Origin: Balanoglossus misakiensis
Lineage: Eukaryota; Animalia; Hemichordata
Reading direction: 5' to 3'
Length of the DNA: 64,000 bases
Assembly: GCA_040954595.2 (NCBI GenBank)
Contig: CM082591.2
Coordinates: forward strand, 5,797,009-5,861,008
Of the stretch, positions 53,307-64,000 are shown piece by piece (the stretch's first letter is position 1; every line of letters begins with the position of its first letter). The notes beneath the pieces are model-generated. The model made no database searches. It saw only the letters and a list, made by a program, of their open reading frames with translations, and was not told where the DNA came from. A program made the translations under genes and the position numbers.

Positions 53307-54841
53307 GATGATCACTAATCGTTTGTCGATGGATTCGACACTGGATTCGACACTGAACTATATCGAACACGGGGTTTGATGCGTGGGTGTCATATCCTGG
53401 GAGCAGAAATGCCGATCCTGTACCTGTCGGTGCAAAGTCCGACAACAACCACATACAAATCGCTATTTACATCTGTCAAATATTAATGGTAATTGACGTC
53501 GTACAGACATACGTCATTTACACATGAGGTCACTCAATTCCGAAGTTGCCGCGTAAATTCCTCGTAATGAAATTCCATTTGGACTACTCACATTCTTACG
53601 ATTGGTAAAAGAGCGACGAATTCACCAAGACATTTGTATGTTCCATTTGTACGAATATTTTTTTTTCATCGTGGACAATACGCTCGTGGCCAGCCCAGCT
53701 GTACAGTTCACGTCGACGGAGAGAGCGCTGCTGCAGACGGAAACTAACATACAACCATTCGCTCACCAGCGTAGAATCGACAGGTATTAGGTGAAGCATT
53801 AGCATGGATAAATACATTCCATTTGTAGAGCGAAATTATTCACCAAATTTCAAAATCCCTGTGGGTAAAAAGGTGTGAATTAAAAGGGAAGGAAATAAAT
53901 ACCGTGCGGCGCACCCACTAACCGATGACGTCATGCGCGAGAAGCGTATCCTAGGCAATCATAGCCCAGAGTCACTGCCTATACATGTACAATGTATACG
54001 GATTGATGGAATAACACCACATTGCATGGATTCAGAGCCTTGGAGTGTAAAATATACATGTACTGCTATGGGGAGCCGTCTAACTAAAGAATGTAAATAA
54101 CGAGCTTGACAACGAGACCACATACACGTTTCGTTTGTCCGTTTTGTACAAAGACATATGTGACAAAATATGACAATATTCTCAATGTATCCATTTTCGC
54201 CGAATTCTTCACAAATTTGAATAAAAATCAACAATAAAAGTATTCACTGAAGGCTGAAAAACATGACAAGAAAGCTCCACACCAAGTTTATAGGCAGTCG
54301 TTTTTCTCAACAATTACACATGAATGCAGTCAAACCCTCAGACTACAAGTAAACGAACCAACCACAGACAAGCTTGTATACCAAAATAACACTTTGTAAT
54401 TACGGGACGTAGTGTTGGAGAGAGTAGACTGGCAATCATGATCATTCGATAGCAAACCGTCGTCAAGTTTGCAAAGAAGGAACGACTAGAGCCGTCGTAA
54501 TAGGTAAGGAAGCGGGATTTGTAGCCTCGGAAATTGTTGTTTCGCGCAGAAAATTCGCTTATAATCACTTCCATTCCAATGTGTACTTCTAACGTTTGAT
54601 AACCTCGCGCAAGAACCAACGCGAATCAATTCTTAATCTACTTTTCGTTTATCTATAGCCCGCCGATTACAGTACTCTAGTACAAACAGATACTTCAAAC
54701 TTGTAACTTAAACGATATCTGAGGTTTATTGGCCGATGGTGCTAATTATCCACACTAAAATCATTTTCGTCTCATATTTTCTTACAATCTTCTATACCTT
54801 TTACAGACGTGACGTCACGCACCACACAACGACACCAGAAA

Positions 54842-55855
54842 ATGGCATTATTTTCAAACGACAGCAGTCTGGACAGCGGGATATCCAATGGTACTGATTT
54901 AGAAGACGTGCAATTCGACGTAAGCGAAATATTCAAAAAGGCATCACTGTCTGTATCGGTGATCGGCATGGCAGATAACCTTCTCGTCTGCTTCGTCATC
55001 TACCGCGTCCAGTCTCTGCAGACGCTCACCAATGCCCTTGTCTTCAACCAAGCGCTAGTAGACGCTCTGACGTCGTTCCTGATGGTAGGAAATCACCTCA
55101 CTGAGCCAAAACGGTACTATGGTATTACTGGCCAGTTCCTATGTCGTGTTTGGAAGTCCAGATATCTGCTATGGTCATGCCTCAGCGCATCAACATTCAG
55201 TCTCTTAGCAATATCCTTTGAGAGATACTTCGCCTTAGTTTATCCTCTGCGTTACCGCACTACATTCACAGCTGGGAAGGTCAAAGTAATAATTAGTATG
55301 ATTTGGATTTCATCATTCGTGTTATCTGCATACGTAGCAGTTTTCATTGTGAAAGTATCTCCTACTGGTGTGTGCAATCGCACGGGTATGTCAGATACAG
55401 TAAGAATAGTTGTAGCTGTATATGTATTCTCTTACCAGTATTTCATACCGTTATTGTTCATGTCGTTTGCATACCAGCGCATTGCTGTTGCCTTGCACAG
55501 ATCTTCAAAACAAGCTCTTTTGAAGCAGCAATTCGCATCAGGTGTAAACAACACGGGCACGGAGAATGTACAGGGCCGTCCTGTAAACAATGCACGGCAG
55601 GCCTCTCTGGATAAAGCCCGCCAAAATGTACACAAGACCTTCTCTCTGGTTTTCTTCGCGTATGTCGTCTGCTGGTCGCCGAGCCAGATATATTTCATGC
55701 TGTTCTATGTGTTGGATCTGTTCGGCACGTTCAGCTGGACGGTTCATGAAATTACCATCATCATGTGCTACTGTAATTCCTGTATCAATCCTGTCATTTA
55801 CGCTCTGCAATATGAGCGTTTCCAAGCCGGTTTGCGAAAAGCCTTTGGCTTTTGA
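54842..55855 (+). CDS. Class A (rhodopsin-like) GPCR with an intronless CDS, peptide-receptor-like orphan (galanin/allatostatin-A/somatostatin-like), 337 aa
   Basis: Seven hydrophobic segments: TM1 DNLLV, TM2 NQALVD, TM3 C...ISFERY, TM4 W, TM5 YFIP, TM6 CWSP and TM7 NSCINPVIY, plus helix 8. N-terminal NDS and NGT sequons. Probable 5'UTR intron at 54504-54806. Confidence 0.92.
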   Translation: MALFSNDSSLDSGISNGTDLEDVQFDVSEIFKKASLSVSVIGMADNLLVCFVIYRVQSLQTLTNALVFNQALVDALTSFLMVGNHLTEPKRYYGITGQFLCRVWKSRYLLWSCLSASTFSLLAISFERYFALVYPLRYRTTFTAGKVKVIISMIWISSFVLSAYVAVFIVKVSPTGVCNRTGMSDTVRIVVAVYVFSYQYFIPLLFMSFAYQRIAVALHRSSKQALLKQQFASGVNNTGTENVQGRPVNNARQASLDKARQNVHKTFSLVFFAYVVCWSPSQIYFMLFYVLDLFGTFSWTVHEITIIMCYCNSCINPVIYALQYERFQAGLRKAFGF

Positions 55856-56977
55856 TGGCACTGTCACTGATTCACGAGTAACCGACATGTACAGTTGCGA
55901 AAAAAACCACCTACGAAATATGTTTAGTAAAACTCACAGAACAAGATGTTGGCATTTCTTCATTGTAGATTATATGATGATTCATACTAAGTTACCCACA
56001 TATATCCCACTTCAAACGACGACCATTGTACAATTGGTTTGTTTAATAACAATCTATATTCTGCATTCTATTCAAGCAAACAACAATTATACAAAATTCA
56101 GTCATTTTAATTATATATTGTAGAAATTATTTGTATTTTTGTCGTATTTATTAAAGTCACTTATATGATAATTTTAAAGTTAAAGTAATTTATTAAATAT
56201 TTCGAAATATATGTAAAATTAGGTCTGGAGATGGCAGTTTCCTGTAATAGTAGTGTTTGTGGTATGTATTTTTAAAAGGATTACGTTAAGCTTACTTAGT
56301 GAAGTTATTAGACAAAATATTTATAAATTCATGTGTAGTTTGACATAATATTCGAATAAGATTTTTAAGGCAATTATGAGATAGTGTGATTTTTTTTTCA
56401 GAGTAATAAACTCCAATTTTGGAGGATACAGTTGTATGCTGTATAAGTGTACCTTTTTGGACAATTATAGTTAAGAGCGTTTTATAATACAGTCCTCGTG
56501 TACAAGAATTTCATTAATATTTAAGTTCCCTTCGTTTTCTGTTGTTATATTGGTTTATGGACTTATAGTTTGAAATAAACTTTAAAAAAATTCAGTATAC
56601 CAGAACATTGTTAGCCTTTTCCAAACGGATATTTTGTCACAACTTTGCTTTATTGTCCTTATTGTATATCAACATTCGCGCTATTGTTTCTACAACAATG
56701 CCAAGAACAATAGAAGGTAATGTACTTTATGTACTTTATTTAAACGGAATAAAACATGAGAAACATATTATTGGTGTCTCCGCATTTTTATTTCTCCTGC
56801 GTTGAATCTAGCAGTCCCTCCCTCCACCATCTTTTCAATGATCAACGTTAGCCAACTGTAAAGATAACATACTAACAGTGACCAAAAATATTATCATAAA
56901 CAATACCAGTGGCAATAAAACACAGTATTGCTATTGGGTAAGTAATCGGTGGATCCTTTCGTAACGAATTCCTTTAA

Positions 56978-57213
56978 AGGGAAGGGGTCGTCGCGCCGCG
57001 TGTTGTGTCTCCTTTGATGAGAATATGTCCTCCAATACCAGCACAAACCTCACTGCAGTCGCCACGACCTACTAGGATCTTCAGTTGCTGTCATGTCCAG
57101 TCTACGCTACGGTTGGCTGTTTCGTTCATTCTGAGAATTATATAATATCAGGGATTTGTGGATGAACTGTAATGTTCATAAAGAAACAAATGCGACGCGA
57201 GAACCCCTTATCT
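56978..57213. mobile_element. TTAA-flanked MITE (Kolobok-like)
   Basis: ttaa|agggaaggggtcgtcgcg ... cgcgagaaccccttatct|ttaa. A matching terminus, cggcgcgacgaccccttctct|ttaa, is at ~41419-41443. Confidence 0.6.
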
Positions 57214-57332
57214 TTAAGTAAAATGGTTGTCTTATCTCTAAAACGGAAAGAGAAAAGTGTCAGACAACAGAAACCGCTCTTTTAAATTAGTACAAATTGG
57301 TCGTTTGAAACACTTGTTTCACGAGGCTGTCG

Positions 57333-58880
57333 TCATGGCGTCATTGGATATTATGAAACATTCATAATGATTAATTTAACACCGCCAACGAGTGACGTGA
57401 AATGGTAGTCATATCTGTCATGGCAACCGCGGTCATTTACTGACAAACATGCCTCAAAATTTTAATCATCTTAAGTACGTTTCATCTGTTCAAGATCATT
57501 TATTGCAGATTTTCAAAAGATATTGCATGTCAAGCTTTTTAAAATGTTTGCTGTAAAGTCAGAAGTTGTTTGATGATGCCTAAAGGGAGGCTTACGTGTA
57601 TATCCCTTGCCTTTCTACAATGTAGCTAATATTAAAAAGTCCATATGCCTTCACAGATCAAACAGTGCCGATGATACATTGTGTATCTCTAGACTGTGGT
57701 AGTGACATTGAACATGTCAGACGGACATTCTGTGTACAACTTACTTGTATGTTGCACTCGGAAACAGAAAACTGAAATGTATACTGGCTGTCTTATGTTA
57801 TTTGAAGGGAGAGGTCCACATGACTTATCAATAGTTACAACTTCTGCTTTCATAATATTTCAAAACAGCTTGAAAGTAGACTAATTTTCTTGACGGTTGA
57901 CTGACTCCGAGTCACGGTGCTGGTAAATTATACTTAGCCAGGAATTCAATATCTACATGTAGCATGTGGCGTGATAGTACTCCGCACGCTTCTGTTGTAT
58001 ACTTCTTCAACGCCTTTCAGTTCCATGGTCAGCCACTGTAGGCACTGACTTTCATCTTGTATGCTAGTCATCATTGACTTGTGTCGTCAGATAACATGAG
58101 ATCATGTTACGTTTGACATTGAAGTATTGAACTCTTGATTTGAACTTTGACCATCTAATTAGTTAACTGACGATAACGGTATACGACGGAACACTATTCA
58201 CTATTTTTTAAAAGAACATAGTCCAGTGCGTTGTGTTTCAATTGAGACCAATACATGTATTGGTTACAAGCACAATGTCGCATATATCCCTCCCTAAGGA
58301 AAATGAACAGATTATGCGGCTCGCTAATAGAAGAACACTGGAGGTTACTGAAGCGAGAAACTTGAGTAGGCAGGCCTGTGGCAAATTTTAACACCCTTCT
58401 AAGTTCTAAACTCCACCATGAAAGCAAGCATTCTTGCATGGCTTGCTATAACCTAAGGACACAGTGGAAAAGAATGAACCGGTAGACCCCTACTCTTACT
58501 TGTCAGAGCAGATTATATTTATACATGAAATGTTCACCTCCCCTTGGAAAGGATATATGAGACATTGTACTCAATACAGGTTCATGGTAGTAGTCTCAAT
58601 TGAAACATGATACACTTGACTATTTTCTTTTTTTAAAATAGTGAATAGTGTTCCGTCGGCTCCAGTTAAAATACATTTACCTCAACAGATGAACGTTTTA
58701 TAGAATTCTTAACTAAATTTGTCTTGCTTGGCTACGTTTTGCCGCCCAGAGTTATTTTCCTGTGTCCAAGGTGGTGCGGCCGTCGGTAACAGATTTTCGG
58801 TAAAATGATAGCCCTCCTAACTGTCTAAGTCTTTGCTGTTTTATAAGTGTTGCGTGTGATTTCGGAAAGTTAGAAAAGCT
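57333..58880 (+). repeat. Direct segmental duplication, copy 1
   Basis: Highly similar to ~62273-64000, offset ~5.1 kb (e.g. gttcaagatcattta at 57488 and 62586). Confidence 0.95.
58184..58658. mobile_element. MITE with long TIRs inside the duplicated block
   Basis: cgacggaacactattcactatttt ... aaaatagtgaatagtgttccgtcg. Duplicated at 63303-63779. Confidence 0.75.
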
Positions 58881-58948
58881 CCTCGCTCGACGGTGAAGCA
58901 GCGTGATAGCACGGAGAGGGACAAAACCGAATTTATTTTACTTCCAAG

Positions 58949-61900
58949 ATGAAAAACAGTAAAGTAGCGCCATTTAGGAATAAGGTAAGTGTGATCATGG
59001 ACTTGAAAAGTAGAATTGTAGTCGCATTCAATATGCTGAGGGAGAGAGGGAGAGGGAGAGAGAGAGGGGGGAGAGAGAGTGTGTGTGTGAGAGAGAGATA
59101 GACAGAGATGTGAAGAGATACAGTAATATTGTTTCAATTCTTTAGACAGATTCAAAGAAAAACAGAGCAAGAAGAATTTCCATCGGGATAGTTATTGGAG
59201 TAACAGGATTATTCATCGCAGGAGCTGGTCTGTTTTTCGGTATATATGTTGATTTTTTCTTAAAGTGATAGAGGAGGTGAACCGTCGACTAGCGTGAAGT
59301 GTTTATTATCTAGGGTTAGAAAGATGTTTCACTTCTACTTATACATGTATACTACAATACGGGATGATCTGCAATAGTTGTCATTAATACTCTTTAAACT
59401 AATTTCGCTTATGCATTGCTAATTGAGCTGACTAGATGGCTGGTGGCACCGTTATTTGCTGCCTGTGTCTTTAAGAAATACGTCTTAGTGTTAAGTGATT
59501 ATTATAAGGTGCATTTCAAGGAGTAAGTTGAACATATATTTTAACGGCGGTAGCGTGCATTGTTATTTTTAAGGTGGCGTGTCCAAGGCTCTGAATTTCA
59601 TGTCGAACCAAACAGAAGATCAGATACCAGCAGACAATGCTACAGTGGCAAGGACATTGCAGCCAACAGTTGGAGGTAAACGCCAACAAAAAAAGAACGT
59701 TTCTGCCTGATGTTTTTTTTTCTCTTTATGCGTTGTTCATGTAGGCCACATTTCTCTGATATATAAGTAACGTTGTACATCAAAGGTGGGGGGGGGGTGC
59801 ACATATTGCTGTCTTTTCCACAGTTCACTCTTAGACAGGACATATCCAGCGATTTTGGAAATTGGGTCAAATTAATGTTTCCCAGGTCTGCGAAAAATTC
59901 AAGACGTCTTTTGTGATCAAAACACTAAAAGTGTTTTATTTCTTTTCTTGTATTTTAAATTGTTGTTTAATCTGTAATCATCTTATTAGAATTGGTTCGA
60001 GTGCGAGCTTCGAGTGTCGATCCGTTGCGAATCATTGGGAGTTTCGACGCAGTCATGGGAGTGCCCAACGAGTTTTCTCTGTGGTTGTCACCGGCTATAG
60101 CAGACAGCAACACGGGATTCATATCGGGTCAAGCGAAGGATCTGTTCAAAGTTGAGGTGTTCCTCTCCGCTTCGAGCAATGGCAGCAACGCCAATGGGGA
60201 AAGATATGAAGCGAATGTTACGTCCGGTGAAATAACCCTCCAATCAAGTACAGTTGTCCTGATCTCAGCCTCTGCAAATATTGACCTCTCATCCGGGATC
60301 TGTGGTAACTTCTCTCACATCTGCGCCGAGGTGTCACCGGCAGAAAATTCTGGCTGGATTTGGGAAGGGTCCTCAACACTCCTAGGCCCCGTGTGTCGCC
60401 CTTTTAGTTCTTGCAGATGTAAGTATTAGTGCGTGTCTGTGTATTATTAGAAATATGCATCATTGAAAACAATATTATTGTTACTTAGTAGCAAACAAAG
60501 CGTTGCTTCATTTTTATCTCAATTTCCAATTGGCTTACAGTATAACCAAAAACATTCAAAACAATGAAGATTTAACTACTGTTACAATAGATACAACACA
60601 CCCTAGGAGATAGGTATTTTTAATCAGAATTGTTTGTATTAAAGGTTTGTGAAGTCCATTCTATGTAAGAAATCACACTGTTTCAAAAAATTCAGTCTTG
60701 TTGACCCAACCCAAGACAAAATTGCCATTTTCGAAACTTTTGGCCTCAAAAGGGTCATTTTTACATAACATTAAAAACAAACTGTATTTTTCACATTCCG
60801 GGATCTGATAACGTATGGATATGCTCATTCGATGTAAAATTTGGTGGAAATTTTGAAATATGGAAACTTAGAGTGATCGCAGTTGTTTGCCTGATGGCAT
60901 TACTCTGTGTTAACTGCTATATTCCTTCAATCTAGTTCAAGTGGCCCCGGCAACTCAGAGCCCATTGCAAGTTAGCGGAACAGTTGATGTTGTTATGGGA
61001 GTACCGAATAATTTCCATCTGTCAGTTACAATCACCACAGCATCTGACAGTACAGGATTGCTGTCTGGTCAACTGGTGGATCTGCTGAAAGTTGACGCGT
61101 TCTTGACCGGCTCGACCAACGGTGACAGAGTTGAAGCAAACTTGCCAGCGGATCCCATGACCTTTCGAAGAAATGCGCTTATCAACTTTGCGATTACAAC
61201 AAGTTTTGACCTGTCCCAAGTAAATTGCGAGAGTTTCACTCATATCTGCGTCGAAGTGTCACCAACAGCACACAGTAACTGGTTTTGGTATGGACCAAAC
61301 GACCAGATTGGCCCTGGTTGTGTACCGTTTACTTCCTGCAGGAGTGGTAAGTAGATAAGGGATTTCAGTGACACGTGTCATGCCACACGGTTGTGTAATA
61401 CAGAGATTCATATCAGCAAGAAGAAGCACCATTTGATCCTAGCCCTAAGAATCGAGAAAACAAGACATTGAACAATAACCGAGTATCAGGTTTGCCATGT
61501 TACGGATATTCATTTAGTTGTGTATTAATTCACAGCTGAACCGATGTATGGAATTGGAACAGACAACAAGATATATAAACGTGAAGATATTGAAGGGACA
61601 TGGACTGGGCCTCTGCCGAACTCTTGTTGTGTTATCGCCCTCACTGTCCTTGCGGATGGTACAATAGTTGGTGTTGGTACTGGAAACGACCTTTATACTA
61701 AAACCAGTGAAGCCGCTGCATGGGTAGGACCTGTAGCCAACAGCTGCTGCGTGCTAGACATCACTGTTATGCCAGATGGTACAATCGTTGGTATTGATAT
61801 GGGAAATTGGTTGTGGACGCGTCCTGGTGTCGAGGGGACATGGAGTGGTCCCGCAGATTCCAGTTGCTGCGTCCAGTCTATATCACCCCTTCCGAGCGGC

Positions 61901-62128
61901 CAACTGCTCGGTGTGGGCTTGGACGGGTTTATATGGATACGTGGCGGTGTACAAGGAAGCTGGACCAAGTTTGACGAGACTGTCAGTGACATATCCGTTA
62001 ATGGCGACGGTAGACTTGTTGGTATTGGAACAACTTGCGGACTCTGGCAACGTCCACAGTACAAATCGTTTTGGAAAGGCGAGATAGCCAACAGTCGATG
62101 TATGACGTCAGTGTCTTTCATCAACTGA
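58949..62128 (+). CDS. Type II membrane protein with two ~140-aa Cys-containing domains and a C-terminal tachylectin/tectonin-like beta-propeller repeat, 554 aa, 6 exons
   Basis: Exons: 58949-58984 (MKNSKVAPFRNK); 59146-59239 (basic stretch then ISIGIVIGVTGLFIAGAGLFF signal anchor); 59574-59675 (stalk); 59990-60418; 60936-61346; 61536-62128. All GT-AG, phases consistent, 1665 nt. The last exon has ~5 repeats of ~39 aa, WxGPxxNSCCVxxxxxxxDGxxVGxG. A 3'UTR intron is at 62130-62260 and a TATAA at ~58842. Confidence 0.78.
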
Positions 62129-62272
62129 GGTAATTATTTCATTTAAACAATTATATGATTTCCATACTGTTAGAAAGTCGTGTAAAAGATAAATCTGCAT
62201 GATGCACAGCAGACATTTACGATCACTTTCTCAGATTGCAATTTTGTATTTTAATTTCAGGAACGAAGTTTG

Positions 62273-64000
62273 GTCATGACGTCATTGGACAGGGAATGGT
62301 CAAGGCTGGCGTATATTATATAATTTCTTTCAAGTGTAAAATTTAGTGTAATTTCAATATGTGCCTGCTTTCTTCAATAATACAAGGAAACTGTAATCGT
62401 AATAGTTGACATGTTGATCGTAACCTTTAACATGGTACTATTATGAAATGGGTCCGATGATAAAGTTTAACAAGACCAACGAATGACATGAAATGATTCT
62501 ATCATATTTGTCATGACAACTACATGTATTAGATTCATTGGCAAACAAGCCTTAAAACTTTAATCATCTTAAGCACGTTTCAAATGTTCAAGATCATTTA
62601 TTGTAAAGATTTTCAAAAGATATTGCATGTCAAGCTTTTTACAATGCCTGCTGTAAAGTCAGAAGTTGTTTGATGATGCCTAAAGGGAGGCTTATACGTG
62701 TATATCCCTTGCCTTTCTACAATGTAGCTAATATTAAAAAGTCCATATGCCTTCACAGATCAAACAGTGCCGATGACACAATGTGTATCTCTAGACTGTG
62801 GTAGTGACATTGAACATGTCAGACGGACATTCTGTGTACAACTTACTTGTATGTTGCACTCGGAAACAGAAAACTGAAATGTAGTTGGCTGTCTTATGTT
62901 ATTTGAATGGACAGGTCCAAACGGCTTATCAATACTTACATACTTCTGCTTTCATAGAATTTCGACACAGCTTGCAAGAAGTAGATTAGTTTTTTTGTTG
63001 ACTGTTGACTGGCCCCGAGTCACGGTGCTGGTAAATTATACTTAGCCAGGAATTCAATATCTACATGTAGCATGTGACGTGATAGTACTCCACACGCTTC
63101 TGTTGTATAGTTCTTCAACGCCTTTCAGTTCCATGGTCAGCCACTGTAGGCATTGACTTTCATCTTGTATGCTTCTCATCATTGACTTGTGTCGTCAGAT
63201 AACATGACATTACGTTTGACATTAAAGTATTGACATTAAAGTATTGAACTCTTGATTTGAACTTTGACCATCTAATTATAGTAAACTGACGAAAACGGTA
63301 TACGACGGAACACTATTCACTATTTTTAAAAAAAAAACATAGTCCAGTGCGTTGTGTTTCAATTGAGACCACTACATGTATTGGGTACAAGTACACTTTC
63401 ACATATATCCCTCCCTAAGGAAAATGAACAGACTATGCGGCTCGCTAATAGCAGAACACTGGAGGTTACTGAAGCGAGCAACTTGAGAAGGCAGGCCTGT
63501 GGCAAATTTTAACACCCTTCTAAGTTCTAAACTCCACCATGAAAGCAAGCATTCTTGCATGGCTTGCTATAACCTAAGGACACAGTGGAAAAGAATGAAC
63601 CGGTAGACCCCGACTCTTACTTGTCAGAGCAGATTATATTTATACATGAAATGTTCCCTTTCCCTCGGGGAGGATATATGAGACATTGTACCCAATAAAT
63701 GTTCATGGTAGTAGTCTCAATTGAAACACGATAAACTGGACTGTGTTCTTTTTTTAAAATAGTGAATAGTGTTCCGTCGGCTCCAGTTAAAGTACATTTA
63801 CCTCAACAGATGAACGTTTTATAGAATTCTTAACTAAATTTGTGTTGCTTGGCTACGTTTTGCCGCCCAGAGTTATTTTCCTGTGTCCAAGGTGGTGCGG
63901 CCATCGGTAACAGATTTTCGGTAAAATGATAGCCCTCCTAACTTTCTAAGTCTTTGCTGTTTAATAAGTGTTGCGTGTGATTTCGGAAGATTAGAAAAGC
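62273..64000 (+). repeat. Direct segmental duplication, copy 2 (runs off the window end)
   Basis: Collinear with 57333-58880 up to the last base of the window. Confidence 0.95.
63303..63779. mobile_element. MITE duplicate of 58184-58658
   Basis: Same TIRs and body. Confidence 0.75.

Noticed and set aside
57333-64000. LTR retrotransposon with the two direct repeats as LTRs
   Set aside because: There are no TG...CA ends, PBS, PPT or gag/pol. The interior is an intron-containing cellular gene.

Overview
Eukaryotic (animal) genomic DNA with AT-rich GT-AG introns. The gene and repeat content suggests a marine invertebrate deuterostome such as a hemichordate, amphioxus or echinoderm; this is inference only. 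Seven spliced gene models could be built by hand. (1) A 400-aa disordered chromatin-protein-like gene with an HMGN-like RRSAR motif and an AT-hook (463-3082, +). (2) A small secreted Cys-containing peptide gene, partly resolved (~7056-7346, -). (3-5) Three 7-exon, 360-aa homocysteine S-methyltransferase (BHMT-like) paralogues of the AEGY/ETF type (29735-33194 -, 36657-40276 +, 41509-44626 -). (6) A 608-aa type I receptor with SRCR-WSC-CUB-Sushi-TM domains and ITIM-like and PDZ-binding tail motifs (47481-53306, -). (7) A 554-aa type II membrane protein with two unrecognised ~140-aa domains and a tachylectin/tectonin-like propeller (58949-62128, +). There is also a class A GPCR with an intronless CDS (54842-55855, +). 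About 18 kb (10.7-29.1 kb) is tandem repeat: an 88-bp satellite that folds back on itself at a zero-spacer junction (13322/13323) and a 13-copy ~557-bp array. Other elements are many MITEs, a tRNA-derived SINE, a Penelope-type minimal hammerhead in a BHMT intron, microsatellites, and a ~1.5-kb direct duplication flanking the last gene. All coordinates and exon models were read by eye; no database searches were run.
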